Shown here: positions 6,880 through 14,966 of the stretch, piece by piece
Layout of the letters: each line of letters opens with the position of its first letter
Numbering within the stretch: position 1 is the stretch's first letter
Virus record (IMG/VR): IMGVR_UViG_3300042975_000012
Reading direction: 5' to 3' (one strand)
Source: a virus
Length of the DNA: 59,252 nucleotides
Notes under the pieces: generated by a model
What the model saw: only the letters and a program-made list of their open reading frames with translations
Told to the model about the DNA's origin: nothing
Database searches by the model: none
Translations under genes and position numbers: made by a program

Positions 6880-7725
6880 CTAAAAATTAGGATTATCCTT
6901 GATTTCTTCATAATCGAATTTGTCTTCACAGTTATCATCGAGCTTTTTCAAATATACATCAGCGATAGGCATAGCTTTCTCTACAATATCATCAGACATA
7001 GTATCGACAACCACATCTATGAGATTTACAAGCATTGCCTTCAACGATTTACGGGCTTCAGCATTATCATAGGGATGTTTATTTTCGAGAACCCTTTCCG
7101 GATATCGTTCGATAGCATGGATAGTAAAAGAATCATGCTCGTTAAAAACCAAATCAAACGCAACGCGATTAGTACTATACAGTTTTTTGAAATATGCCAG
7201 ATATTCAGGGGCCTGTTTCTTTGCAGCGTTCTTTGCATCAACGAAATGTGTATAGTCATTATAATATTTCTTAAATGCTAGAGATACCACACTCCATTCA
7301 CAGTTTTTGTTGCAATATCGCATATTGATTTCACTCTTATATACGCCATCTCCGCAGTAAATGACGTTAGGTTCAGCTTTAATATCACGTTCCTGAATAG
7401 AGTCCACAGGCTCCGAACTTTCATAGCTGTTTTTAGTATCAATAAAATCTAAAGCCTGTTGAATTATTGTTTGTGGCGATTGCAGTGTAGTGTATTGGTT
7501 CGATATCATAAATTGTGGAGCTCGTCTATAAATTGCTATGGTATAGTGATCTTCAAACTTGATAACCGGACTGATATAATAATTTCTATAAGTAATAAAG
7601 AAATTTCTAAAATACTCTTTGTTGATGTTAATCCACTGTCTCGAATCTATCAATGCAATCGACTTTGATGTACGATTGCTAATATCTCTAAAATACTTAC
7701 AATCCGAAGCCATATTGTCTTTCAT
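6880..7725 (-). CDS. Hypothetical protein (281 aa)
   Basis: Long ORF on the coding strand. No motif recognised. Confidence 0.6.
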   Translation of the reverse strand: MKDNMASDCKYFRDISNRTSKSIALIDSRQWININKEYFRNFFITYRNYYISPVIKFEDHYTIAIYRRAPQFMISNQYTTLQSPQTIIQQALDFIDTKNSYESSEPVDSIQERDIKAEPNVIYCGDGVYKSEINMRYCNKNCEWSVVSLAFKKYYNDYTHFVDAKNAAKKQAPEYLAYFKKLYSTNRVAFDLVFNEHDSFTIHAIERYPERVLENKHPYDNAEARKSLKAMLVNLIDVVVDTMSDDIVEKAMPIADVYLKKLDDNCEDKFDYEEIKDNPNF

Positions 7726-7782
7726 TATATACTCCTCTATGATATCAATATGCTGTATGATGCGATTCGTAACAAAACATTA

Positions 7783-7956
7783 TTACAAACCCTTTTTATA
7801 TATGTTATTCTGCAAATCTATAAGCTGGGCTGTTGATACACTCATAAAGCCAATACCAAATCCAGAAGCGACGATTGTTGATAAACCATATGATTTATCT
7901 GACTTTTCGCTTGATTTTTCTTCAGAGTCCTGAGTATCAAAAATACCGGTATCCAT
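7783..7956 (-). CDS. Small hypothetical protein (57 aa), below the ORF-track cutoff
   Basis: RBS AAGGAAGACT then ATG at 7956. Acidic N-terminus, hydrophobic GFGIGFMSV segment. Translated by hand. Confidence 0.35.
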   Translation of the reverse strand: MDTGIFDTQDSEEKSSEKSDKSYGLSTIVASGFGIGFMSVSTAQLIDLQNNIYKKGL

Positions 7957-7977
7957 AGTCTTCCTTATATAAAAGAA

Positions 7978-8172
7978 TCAACGTTTAATTTTTCTAAAAA
8001 CCAATGCTATCATTTCTGAAATCATAGTCCATATAACAATGATAATATTAACGAGTAGTGTTATTACAAAAATCAAGATTGGTGCTATAACCTTAACTGC
8101 TAGATATACGAATAGTATACCAACATCATATATGTTCCTTTCTGATTGAAAAATATCTTTATTATTGTGCAA
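7978..8172 (-). CDS. Small membrane protein (about 64 aa, start uncertain)
   Basis: Strongly hydrophobic ORF. The annotated TTG start lies inside the upstream terminator tail, so the true start is unclear. Confidence 0.3.
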   Translation of the reverse strand: MHNNKDIFQSERNIYDVGILFVYLAVKVIAPILIFVITLLVNIIIVIWTMISEMIALVFRKIKR

Positions 8173-8177
8173 AACAA

Positions 8178-8196
8178 GAAGGCCATGTAGACCTTC
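8178..8196 (-). terminator. Intrinsic terminator with conserved CTACATGG apex
   Basis: RC reads GAAGGTCTACATGGCCTTC followed by TTGTTTT. Confidence 0.6.
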
Positions 8197-8213
8197 CTGT
8201 TTTCGATAGATTA

Positions 8214-8498
8214 CTAGTTTATTCTTATCAAATGACTTGTTGTCATATCTTCCTCTGATATGGCAATGGAACCTCCAGACAACTCCACCATAAGATTGAT
8301 AAGATCAGCAACCTTATTATAGATTTCAATGTCTTCAGAACTCGCCTCAACATAGAAGACCTTCCTTATATCGGAAGGCATCCATGAATTGGTGAATGCG
8401 TCAACAGCTCTATTATAAGCTTCTGCGTTCTCAATGGATAGCGGAATATGGATGTCGGTACCACACCATGAATACATCGGTTGTACTTTTTTGGTCAT
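8214..8498 (-). CDS. Hypothetical protein (94 aa)
   Basis: The MKGIIM artefact is removed. Real ATG at 8498 after the AAAGGAATTATC leader. Confidence 0.6.
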   Translation of the reverse strand: MTKKVQPMYSWCGTDIHIPLSIENAEAYNRAVDAFTNSWMPSDIRKVFYVEASSEDIEIYNKVADLINLMVELSGGSIAISEEDMTTSHLIRIN

Positions 8499-8517
8499 GA
8501 TAATTCCTTTCATAGTT

Positions 8518-8540
8518 CTTCATTATACACCATGTAAATA
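8518..8540 (-). promoter_or_regulatory. Motif A promoter-like element
   Basis: RC reads TATTTACATGGTGTATAATGAAG. Confidence 0.55.
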
Positions 8541-8577
8541 TTACAATAACCATCGAGTACGGATCTCTAATATAATT

Positions 8578-8913
8578 CTACTCAGTGGTTAGATTGACAA
8601 TCTCATCAACAATAGTAGAACTGAGTCGTTCCTCACTCAATTTTCCATATCGAGCGATATTATAATCCATCTTACTATTTGAGAATGTGATCTCCCACAT
8701 ATATGTATCCCTTGGATTATCCTCTGCAACTAGAACCTTCCAACTTCCCAATACATATGCCGAGTTTATAACAAAGAAAGAGTTTAGATTCATATGCTCT
8801 TGAACGTGTGTTCCATATGAATCCTCAACCACGAAAGATGGCTGAATATTGAGAATATAGTCTCTATAGGCCAACTCGATTGCCAGATTCTCTTTAATAT
8901 CATTTTGCTTCAT
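8578..8913 (-). CDS. Hypothetical protein (111 aa)
   Basis: ORF on the coding strand with RBS AAAGGATATAATA then ATG. Confidence 0.6.
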   Translation of the reverse strand: MKQNDIKENLAIELAYRDYILNIQPSFVVEDSYGTHVQEHMNLNSFFVINSAYVLGSWKVLVAEDNPRDTYMWEITFSNSKMDYNIARYGKLSEERLSSTIVDEIVNLTTE

Positions 8914-8933
8914 TATTATATCCTTTTATTGTT

Positions 8934-8958
8934 CTTCATTATGTATCATATGAATATT
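8934..8958 (-). promoter_or_regulatory. Degenerate motif A
   Basis: RC reads AATATTCATATGATACATAATGAAG. Confidence 0.35.
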
Positions 8959-8985
8959 CTATATTCCTCACTCACAAAAGGCCCC

Positions 8986-9363
8986 TCAGATGCGTTTGAA
9001 ATGTAGTCCTCCGGCATCTGGTTTGATACCATTTATCTGCTGTGATATGGTTGAAGAACTCAGATCAAGTGCTTCTGCTGCTTTGTTCTGTGATGAATAT
9101 ACGTCTCCTGTTTCCAGGCACTGTACCACCCATGAAGGCGGTCCCTGACGACTGGATTCAACGGTATAGTTCAATACACCATTATTGATGGCGGGACTAG
9201 CAACGTTTTGGCTACCCATATCGATATCACCCATGGATATGCGGTCATCAATAGTGTTTTTACCAAGAATATAAGCACAAACACCAACTGCTACAACTAC
9301 TCCAGCTCCAATATACCACCACTTATATTGCTTCCAATGCTTCTTTATGGGTTCCTTGTCCAT
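8986..9363 (-). CDS. Membrane-anchored NUMOD1-like HTH protein, paralog 1 of 5
   Basis: Basic N-terminus, TM WWYIGAGVVVAVGVCAYILG, C-terminus VVQCLETGDVYSSQNKAAEALDLSSSTISQQINGIKPDAGGLHF. Confidence 0.6.
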   Translation of the reverse strand: MDKEPIKKHWKQYKWWYIGAGVVVAVGVCAYILGKNTIDDRISMGDIDMGSQNVASPAINNGVLNYTVESSRQGPPSWVVQCLETGDVYSSQNKAAEALDLSSSTISQQINGIKPDAGGLHFKRI

Positions 9364-9392
9364 GATGATTCCTTTCTAAAAAAAAAAAAAAA

Positions 9393-9471
9393 GAAGCAGA
9401 GTTTTTCTTAAGTCCGCGCAATGCTAGGCTTAACAAGTCCGCGCAATGCCAGGCTTGATTGTCTCGGCTTC
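9393..9471 (-). ncRNA. Twin-repeat hairpin cassette E7b (putative structured RNA or attenuator)
   Basis: Outer arms gaagcagag/ctcggcttc. 22-nt direct repeats aagtccgcgcaatgcYaggctt at 9410..9431 and 9435..9456. The RC strand ends in a T14 run (9378..9392). Confidence 0.4.
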
Positions 9472-9491
9472 ATTATAAAAAGATCTCCTCT

Positions 9492-9544
9492 CAAGTACGT
9501 ATTAGCACAAATACTTGACAAGTGCGTATTAGCACAAACACTTG
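9492..9544 (-). ncRNA. Twin hairpins E7a: two adjacent 26-nt stem-loops with identical loops
   Basis: caagtA-cgtattagcacaaa-Tacttg and caagtG-cgtattagcacaaa-Cacttg. The only two differences between the copies are compensatory. Confidence 0.5.
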
Positions 9545-9549
9545 ATAAT

Positions 9550-9575
9550 CCTTTCACTATAGACTATGTATTTTT
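9550..9575 (-). promoter_or_regulatory. Motif A variant (-10 TATAGT)
   Basis: RC reads AAAAATACATAGTCTATAGTGAAAGG. Confidence 0.45.
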
Positions 9576-9970
9576 TACGCAGCCATACAAATGCGCTCAA
9601 AATGGAGACCTCCAGCATTATCTCTTAATCCGTTAAGAGTTTTAGATATATCGTTTGGTGAAACATTAAGCGCCTCTGCTGCTTTACTCTGTGACGAGAA
9701 TACCTCACCCGTTTCAAGACAGCGAACCACCCACGAAGGCGGTCCTTGTCTGTCGGCCTCGACAGTGTAGTTGAGAGTGCCAAGATTGACCATTTGCTGG
9801 GGATCGTGGTTATCATTGCCAACACTCATATCAACCTTGATGTTTGGCGTCTTTTGTCTAGTTAATACATATACTCCAACACCTACTACGACTCCAACCA
9901 CAACTCCTACTCCAACAGTAATATAGGTCTGCTTATACTTCTCCCAATGTATTTTGATTTTCTCGTTCAT
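9575..9970 (-). CDS. Membrane-anchored NUMOD1-like HTH protein, paralog 2 of 5
   Basis: TM ITVGVGVVVGVVVGVGVYVL. C-terminus VVRCLETGEVFSSQSKAAEALNVSPNDISKTLNGLRDNAGGLHF. Confidence 0.6.
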   Translation of the reverse strand: MNEKIKIHWEKYKQTYITVGVGVVVGVVVGVGVYVLTRQKTPNIKVDMSVGNDNHDPQQMVNLGTLNYTVEADRQGPPSWVVRCLETGEVFSSQSKAAEALNVSPNDISKTLNGLRDNAGGLHFERICMAA

Positions 9971-10013
9971 AATATTCCTTTCATTAAATAACCTCTAGAA
10001 TGCCCCTCAGACG

Positions 10014-10118
10014 CACATAAAGGGCCCTTAGAGCGACTTTTAGGATACCTGTGATAGATTATTCATATGTGCGTTCTAAGAGCCTTAGAACACAACCTCG
10101 TATCTAGTGACTTTTCAC
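10014..10118 (-). repeat. Dispersed ~105-bp non-coding repeat, copy 2 (partner 6776..6878)
   Basis: Same conserved blocks as copy 1. Contains the motif-B-like AAAAGTCACTAGATAC on the RC strand. Confidence 0.8.
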
Positions 10119-10191
10119 TAAATATACTCGGTTTTCGATCAAAAGCTCGACTCAATCAATACTCATAAGCGTTCCTTTCCATATAACAACA

Positions 10192-10725
10192 TCACTCAAA
10201 TATGCGAATCCATTTCGAGCTATTGAGATTCGTAGTCACTGTTGTTGCAAAATCATCAGGCCATGTATGATCGCTTTGCGCTTTCACACATTTTGCCATC
10301 AACTGTCCTTTATCATTGAATGCAGAATATACATGGTAGCCATGATCCGTGTAGATTCGAGATATACAAGTCGTTCCCAAATGGTTACCCGCCATTAAGA
10401 AGAATGCCATTTTGTCCATATCATTGGTTGGTATACATACCGTTTCGAATATATCCTGATCAATGGCATTATACACACTCCAAGTACCTATAGTTGCCGA
10501 TAGGCTCCGACGATGCTTGTCCGCATAATCAGGACTATCCAATGATGGCATCGGTCCAAAATAAATAGTATTGAAGGGTGGCTCATTCCTCTTGAATATA
10601 GTAGGATTATTAGTAATGGTCTCTGACAGAACATGCATAACATTTTGAATAATCATAGATACAGGTATATTTGTCGTCCTGCTAATTCGTTGAGAGAGTT
10701 CATTTGAATATGACAGTTTGGTCAT
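10192..10725 (-). CDS. Hypothetical protein (177 aa)
   Basis: ORF on the coding strand with RBS AAAGGAACAATT then ATG. Confidence 0.6.
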   Translation of the reverse strand: MTKLSYSNELSQRISRTTNIPVSMIIQNVMHVLSETITNNPTIFKRNEPPFNTIYFGPMPSLDSPDYADKHRRSLSATIGTWSVYNAIDQDIFETVCIPTNDMDKMAFFLMAGNHLGTTCISRIYTDHGYHVYSAFNDKGQLMAKCVKAQSDHTWPDDFATTVTTNLNSSKWIRIFE

Positions 10726-10737
10726 AATTGTTCCTTT

Positions 10738-10953
10738 CTATACTTCTAAAATAGTTTTCCATACACCATAATATACATCGGTATCTATAGAAAATGTAGC
10801 GGTCTCCTGACATTTCCTACAGGATACTGTTGCTTCGCTGTAGACGTTATCTATCTTATACATATCGATAATATGAATACTAGCATGTGGGTGATTGCAA
10901 GGCAGTTGCTGCTTTGCTTTGGTGTATAGTGTTTTTTCACAATCGTTCATCAT
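10738..10953 (-). CDS. Small Cys-rich protein (71 aa)
   Basis: C..H and CRKC pairs. ATGA overlap with the upstream gene. Confidence 0.5.
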   Translation of the reverse strand: MMNDCEKTLYTKAKQQLPCNHPHASIHIIDMYKIDNVYSEATVSCRKCQETATFSIDTDVYYGVWKTILEV

Positions 10954-11294
10954 ATTCTTAACTTCCCTGATACGTTAGTGTATTGACCGAATGGATTTTT
11001 ATTGTCTTTATCATTAATAGAATCAACACGTTTATTCCAAATATCAATCGCATTGTCGAGTATTTCATAAACGGTATATAGTTTACTATACTCATTATTA
11101 ATAGTAAGACAACCGTTTTCACATGCTAGTGTAATATCAACAATATCAACAGTAGCATCATTCCATGGTTGGTCTCTGGTAGATAGATCAAAATTATATA
11201 TTGGTACTTCATGACAATATGGACATGGATGCATCCTATGTATGAGTTCATTCAGAGGATTAAAACGTTTTGGTGTATGGTCTTCGTGCTCCAT
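10950..11294 (-). CDS. Lar-family-like zinc-ribbon protein (possible restriction alleviation)
   Basis: HPCPYCH ... CENGC ... AIDIWNKR matches the CPxC/CxxC/WNxR layout of Lar proteins. Real start is ATG 11294 behind AAAGGAGTTTATT; the track ORF extends upstream through a leader. Confidence 0.4.
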   Translation of the reverse strand: MEHEDHTPKRFNPLNELIHRMHPCPYCHEVPIYNFDLSTRDQPWNDATVDIVDITLACENGCLTINNEYSKLYTVYEILDNAIDIWNKRVDSINDKDNKNPFGQYTNVSGKLRI

Positions 11295-11406
11295 AATAAA
11301 CTCCTTTATATTTGGATATAACCCTTGACATGGAATTTCATAGTCTTTAATGTATCTATTGTTCCATTTTGTTGTTTGTTCATATCGTGTTCCTTTCACA
11401 AAAAAT

Positions 11407-11431
11407 ATAAAGCGCCATGTAGACGCTTTAT
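11407..11431 (-). terminator. Intrinsic terminator with CTACATGG apex
   Basis: RC reads ATAAAGCGTCTACATGGCGCTTTAT then ATTTTTT, running directly into the next RBS with no promoter between. Confidence 0.65.
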
Positions 11432-11645
11432 AGGTAATACTTACTTAAAAGTTTCTGGGAATTTCCCATATTTGCTATAATACTTCAGGAGTTTACGTCC
11501 TTGATACCTAAGCTTTGCATTTACCATCTATTCCTTGGTTTGATTCAAAGGATGTTCTGCATGTGCAATGTCCTTGCATATAAAGATGAACTTCTTGATA
11601 ATATTAGTTTCAGGCATGATAGTTCCTTTCAAAATTTACTTCTAT

Positions 11646-11669
11646 ATCATTATATAGTATGCAGTTTTT
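11646..11669 (-). promoter_or_regulatory. Motif A variant
   Basis: RC reads AAAAACTGCATACTATATAATGAT. Confidence 0.4.
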
Positions 11670-11682
11670 GAAAAAAAGAGAG

Positions 11683-11775
11683 GAAGAAGTTGTATAGTTT
11701 TTAAATCCTAAAGTTAGCCCAATTACTCACCATAGGTCACGAGCCTAATTACTCGTTTTTCTATACAACTTCTTC
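11683..11775 (-). ncRNA. Twin-repeat hairpin cassette E3
   Basis: Perfect 15-bp outer arms gaagaagttgtatag/ctatacaacttcttc. Repeats agccYaattactc at 11716..11728 and 11742..11754. Inner ccta/tagg pairing. T-run on the RC strand. Confidence 0.45.
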
Positions 11776-11795
11776 ATTATATGACATGTAAAAAA
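11772..11795 (-). promoter_or_regulatory. Motif A promoter-like element
   Basis: RC reads TTTTTTACATGTCATATAATGAAG. Confidence 0.55.
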
Positions 11796-11799
11796 TGTA

Positions 11800-11892
11800 T
11801 CACGAACAACTTGCACCAGTAATGTAGTATTCTTTATATGTATGTAAATGCTTCTTAATCTTATCAAGATTAGTTTGGTTGTTGTCATCCAT
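11800..11892 (-). CDS. Mini-ORF (30 aa)
   Basis: Motif B, then RBS GAGGAGTAATT, then ATG. MDDNNQTNLDKIKKHLHTYKEYYITGASCS, translated by hand. Confidence 0.3.
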   Translation of the reverse strand: MDDNNQTNLDKIKKHLHTYKEYYITGASCS

Positions 11893-11907
11893 AATTACTC
11901 CTCAATA

Positions 11908-11922
11908 ATATAGTGACTTTTT
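11908..11922 (-). promoter_or_regulatory. Motif B
   Basis: RC reads AAAAAGTCACTATAT, 17 nt before the ATG. Confidence 0.4.
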
Positions 11923-11928
11923 ATAAAA

Positions 11929-11953
11929 ATAAAGCGCCATGTAGACGCTTTAT
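11929..11953 (-). terminator. Intrinsic terminator with CTACATGG apex
   Basis: Identical sequence to 11407..11431. Confidence 0.65.
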
Positions 11954-11956
11954 CTT

Positions 11957-12190
11957 TTACTTAACTCGTTCAGTTATACCATTCTTCATAACTTGGTGTT
12001 CTCCAGTTTTAGTATTCACTAGATGATATGCACCCCCATCATCTACGTAGTCCTTAGTATTTTGCAGTGTATCATTGCTTCCTGCGAATGACAGCAGAAA
12101 ACCGATACAAGCAATAGCCCCAATACCGCATATAGTGTGGATGATTATCTTTACTAGTGAATCTTTTAGAGATTTCTTTGCCTTAGACAT
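11957..12190 (-). CDS. Small membrane protein (77 aa)
   Basis: TM IIIHTICGIGAIACIGFLLSFAG. RBS GAAAGGATTATC. Confidence 0.55.
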   Translation of the reverse strand: MSKAKKSLKDSLVKIIIHTICGIGAIACIGFLLSFAGSNDTLQNTKDYVDDGGAYHLVNTKTGEHQVMKNGITERVK

Positions 12191-12209
12191 GATAATCCTT
12201 TCTTAGTTG

Positions 12210-12233
12210 TTTCACTATACACCATGTAAAAAA
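12210..12233 (-). promoter_or_regulatory. Motif A variant (-10 TATAGT)
   Basis: RC reads TTTTTTACATGGTGTATAGTGAAA. Confidence 0.5.
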
Positions 12234-12257
12234 TAGAGCGCCATGTAGACGCTCTAT
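12233..12257 (-). terminator. Intrinsic terminator with CTACATGG apex
   Basis: RC reads ATAGAGCGTCTACATGGCGCTCTAT then TTTTTT. Confidence 0.65.
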
Positions 12258-12263
12258 AGTTTA

Positions 12264-12545
12264 TTAGTCTTCAGAAACAATATTATCTGAAATACGATTT
12301 ATCATATAGTCTTGATAGTCATCAACAAGTCCTTTATCGTTAAGAAATTCGTTAAAATCATTTATTTTTTCCTGCAATGATATATTATTCAACGTTAATC
12401 CGACTGCTGCTCCTGCGACAATTACACTTGGAATTGAAACTGCTGCAACAACAATAGTCTTTTTGTTTCTAGTATACCAATCAGAAATTTTAGATTTGAT
12501 CGATTTCTTATCTTCAACGACTGTAAATTCAATATTTTCCGACAT
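12264..12545 (-). CDS. Single-pass membrane protein (93 aa), paralog of 29251..29550
   Basis: Shared layout: basic segment, TM, then L..GL.DDY..Y.I..I. Confidence 0.55.
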   Translation of the reverse strand: MSENIEFTVVEDKKSIKSKISDWYTRNKKTIVVAAVSIPSVIVAGAAVGLTLNNISLQEKINDFNEFLNDKGLVDDYQDYMINRISDNIVSED

Positions 12546-12571
12546 GATAGATTCCTTTCATTAATCTATTA

Positions 12572-12595
12572 CTTCATTATAGCGTATGTAAAAAA
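12572..12595 (-). promoter_or_regulatory. Motif A promoter-like element
   Basis: RC reads TTTTTTACATACGCTATAATGAAG. Confidence 0.55.
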
Positions 12596-12610
12596 TATAC
12601 TGAGTGAAAA

Positions 12611-12635
12611 ATAGAGGACCATGTAGATCCTCTAT
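12611..12635 (-). terminator. Intrinsic terminator with CTACATGG apex
   Basis: RC reads ATAGAGGATCTACATGGTCCTCTAT then TTTT. Confidence 0.65.
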
Positions 12636-12662
12636 TTGTTAATTACTACTCTTGTCGTTATG

Positions 12663-12953
12663 TCATCCCAGTTTTGGAATAAAGCCAAACGCTTTTGTTC
12701 CGATAACGTTCTCCTTTTCGAAGTTCATAATAGTGCCAATAGCCATCAATGTTCCTGCAACACTTACCGATTTGATAGTGAGTTCTTTCAAGAAAGCTCT
12801 TTTATCTGCTTTCAATTTATAATACTTCATTATCTGATCAGTAATTCGTGCATACTCATCTGAGTCTGTTGGTTTCGTATCTAGTTCTTCGAACAGACGT
12901 TCGATTTCGTGATCAACGAACGATTGCTTTGTTCCAATATTAGGTAATTTCAT
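12663..12953 (-). CDS. Hypothetical protein (96 aa) with C-terminal hydrophobic segment
   Basis: Real start is MKLPNIG behind the conserved leader CTATGAAAGGAACATT. Confidence 0.55.
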   Translation of the reverse strand: MKLPNIGTKQSFVDHEIERLFEELDTKPTDSDEYARITDQIMKYYKLKADKRAFLKELTIKSVSVAGTLMAIGTIMNFEKENVIGTKAFGFIPKLG

Positions 12954-12971
12954 AATGTTCCTTTCATAGTT

Positions 12972-12994
12972 GTTCATTATAGCCGATGTAAAAA
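12972..12994 (-). promoter_or_regulatory. Motif A promoter-like element
   Basis: RC reads TTTTTACATCGGCTATAATGAAC. Confidence 0.5.
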
Positions 12995-13021
12995 TTATTC
13001 ATAATGTACAACCTACAAATA

Positions 13022-13390
13022 TCACGTTCTTAGCTTATGGAAATATACGAACAACTCTAGTTCTGCAATCATATCCTTGATATTTCCAGTTCGAAGTTCA
13101 CTCCAAATATTGCCAAGACCCAGCCAATCATTATCTTCAAGAAGTTTAAGCCCCGATTGGATCTGTGAAACATGAGTTACTAAATATGATGTCATTTCCA
13201 GATTGAGATGCTCGGCATACCACAATGCTTTCTTCAGATCTGTTTCAGGATACTCCTTATTCTGCCATCGATACAAATACTTAACCATACTACCAGTTGT
13301 GAAATCCATATATTTAGTAATTTCATAACACTCAATCGGTCCATCAGTATAGTGTGAAGGATGGTTTACGATGTCATTGACCTCCGACAT
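13022..13390 (-). CDS. DUF3310-like phage protein
   Basis: HPSHYTDGPIECYEI...GSMVKYLYRWQNK...DLKKALWYAEHL matches the DUF3310 signature recalled from memory. Confidence 0.5.
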   Translation of the reverse strand: MSEVNDIVNHPSHYTDGPIECYEITKYMDFTTGSMVKYLYRWQNKEYPETDLKKALWYAEHLNLEMTSYLVTHVSQIQSGLKLLEDNDWLGLGNIWSELRTGNIKDMIAELELFVYFHKLRT

Positions 13391-13498
13391 GTCATACTCC
13401 TTAGTGTAGTTTTCTAAACAGTAGATATAGCAAATTCAATCCACCTGTGCATACAGTTAATAGTAGATCGATTAAAAATCGTCCTAATCCATAATGTT

Positions 13499-13909
13499 TC
13501 ATAGTGTATTCTCCTTATTCATGAGATTTTGTATTTCTTCAACACTCATTGGTCGCATGAAAATATGCATGACTTTGAAATATCGATGAAGTTTCTTGGA
13601 ACTCTTGAGTCCATCTTTCTCATTAATAACCTGTTTAAGGAAATGATGTAATACAGCTTCGCCAATTTTCCCACCACGGATTTTTTGCTTAAGCGTATAT
13701 CGAGTAAGTTGCATAGATTCCTGTGGCGTATCAGTACGGTCTTTGATAATACCAATAACTACTCCAATAAATAGCATCAAAGCCGCTACACCGATAATAA
13801 ACAGCGATATACTACTATGCATGATTGCATATGCGAACATAACCACTACTCCAATGATATCAATGAACATCAGCGATATAAGTTCTATAAATCGGTCTTT
13901 ATTATACAT
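13499..13909 (-). CDS. Membrane protein (136 aa, two TM segments)
   Basis: Hydrophobic N-terminal half. TAATG overlap with the upstream gene. Confidence 0.55.
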   Translation of the reverse strand: MYNKDRFIELISLMFIDIIGVVVMFAYAIMHSSISLFIIGVAALMLFIGVVIGIIKDRTDTPQESMQLTRYTLKQKIRGGKIGEAVLHHFLKQVINEKDGLKSSKKLHRYFKVMHIFMRPMSVEEIQNLMNKENTL

Positions 13910-14100
13910 TATTGTTCCTTTTCTTGTATATATTGCTGCAAATATGTCAGATTTGAGGCAACAGTATTAATTAGATTCTCAGAATCCTTAAGTCGACGTT
14001 TCTCAAATACATCTGATGTATCGCCTTGTGCATCTCGTAATGCTTGTTTAAGGTTCATGACTTTCAGTTGAAGTTGTGATATAGTATTAAATGTAATCAT
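13909..14100 (-). CDS. Hypothetical coiled-coil protein (63 aa)
   Basis: ATG at 14100 overlaps the end of 14087..14371. The longer track ORF would overlap by 62 nt. Confidence 0.45.
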   Translation of the reverse strand: MITFNTISQLQLKVMNLKQALRDAQGDTSDVFEKRRLKDSENLINTVASNLTYLQQYIQEKEQ

Positions 14101-14371
14101 CGCCAAAAGTCTTTCTGATAAGCGTACGGATACTTCTATGAGATTCATGATTGTTAGCTCGCAGTTTCACGCTAGTCCATACTGCGTCGGAAACCGTTCG
14201 TGAATAATATGGTTTAATGTACTTCTTCGTCTTTCTATTACGAATAAGACCTATTGGATTTATCTCATAGTTTTCGAAATCTTCGATGACTCGCCATTCT
14301 CGATTATCATGATGTGCCATCAATTCCAAATATACATCTTTATCCACATTAAGTATCTGTTTGATCTTCAT
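14087..14371 (-). CDS. NUMOD4-only protein (homing-endonuclease DNA-binding module without nuclease)
   Basis: WRVIEDFENYEINPIGLIRNRKTKKYIKP. Confidence 0.4.
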   Translation of the reverse strand: MKIKQILNVDKDVYLELMAHHDNREWRVIEDFENYEINPIGLIRNRKTKKYIKPYYSRTVSDAVWTSVKLRANNHESHRSIRTLIRKTFGDDYI

Positions 14372-14694
14372 TGTACTCTCTCAGTGCTTAATTGAAGGAT
14401 CTTATGTTGACTCTTCAGATATACATGATAAAGTGTCGCGCTGTTGTACCTTATACTATAATGAACAATGTAGAATTCTCCATTATCCATTTGAAAAGAA
14501 AAAGACATAGCTTCTTTGGGCTTATCGTCGAGCATATAATCTTCAAATATATAATTGACATGACACTCGAATTGCGGATAAAAACTAATTAGTTGACGAA
14601 GTAGTGTATCTCTACGTTCTGTCTCTTTCTTTTCCCGCCATTCAGTTCGGTATAGACTTCTGTCTAATAATATGCTAGTCGGTCGAATCGCCAT
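14368..14694 (-). CDS. Hypothetical protein (108 aa)
   Basis: ORF translationally coupled to its neighbours. Confidence 0.55.
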   Translation of the reverse strand: MAIRPTSILLDRSLYRTEWREKKETERRDTLLRQLISFYPQFECHVNYIFEDYMLDDKPKEAMSFSFQMDNGEFYIVHYSIRYNSATLYHVYLKSQHKILQLSTERVQ

Positions 14695-14966
14695 TATAAA
14701 TCCTCCGGTGTATAAACTTCAGTCTTCATAACTTCAGTGACTGTAAATATATCATGTCTTTTGTTGTATTCAACGGATATAGCACGATTCTCGTAATCGA
14801 ATCGTGAATCATACTCTTTATAAACAATGAGCCATGCATTATCGTCAGTATTGAAAACTCGAACGTTATACATGTCCTTACAGAACTGTTGTTTATCAAG
14901 ATAATGGTGATGTGGATTATGGTTGCATAGATACTGATATGCTGCTTCAAGAATCAATACGTCCAT
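14694..14966 (-). CDS. Hypothetical protein (90 aa), tandem paralog of 14947..15273
   Basis: MDVLILEAAYQYL.../MDDLVLAAVYSYM... and shared ...LFTVQEI/IFTVTEV... Confidence 0.55.
   Translation of the reverse strand: MDVLILEAAYQYLCNHNPHHHYLDKQQFCKDMYNVRVFNTDDNAWLIVYKEYDSRFDYENRAISVEYNKRHDIFTVTEVMKTEVYTPEDL

Noticed and set aside
7494-7510. ggttcgatatc resembling a tRNA T-arm
   Set aside because: It lies inside CDS 6880..7725. No complementary T-stem or acceptor stem surrounds it. No GGTTCGAATCC-type box with a proper cloverleaf was seen anywhere on either strand.
9410-9544. Repeat-spacer-repeat pattern of the twin-repeat cassettes as a mini-CRISPR array or solitary CRISPR repeats
   Set aside because: There are only two copies per locus. 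The repeats are 10-27 nt with 6-16 nt between them, far shorter than CRISPR repeats and spacers. The repeat sequence differs at every locus, and no cas genes are present.
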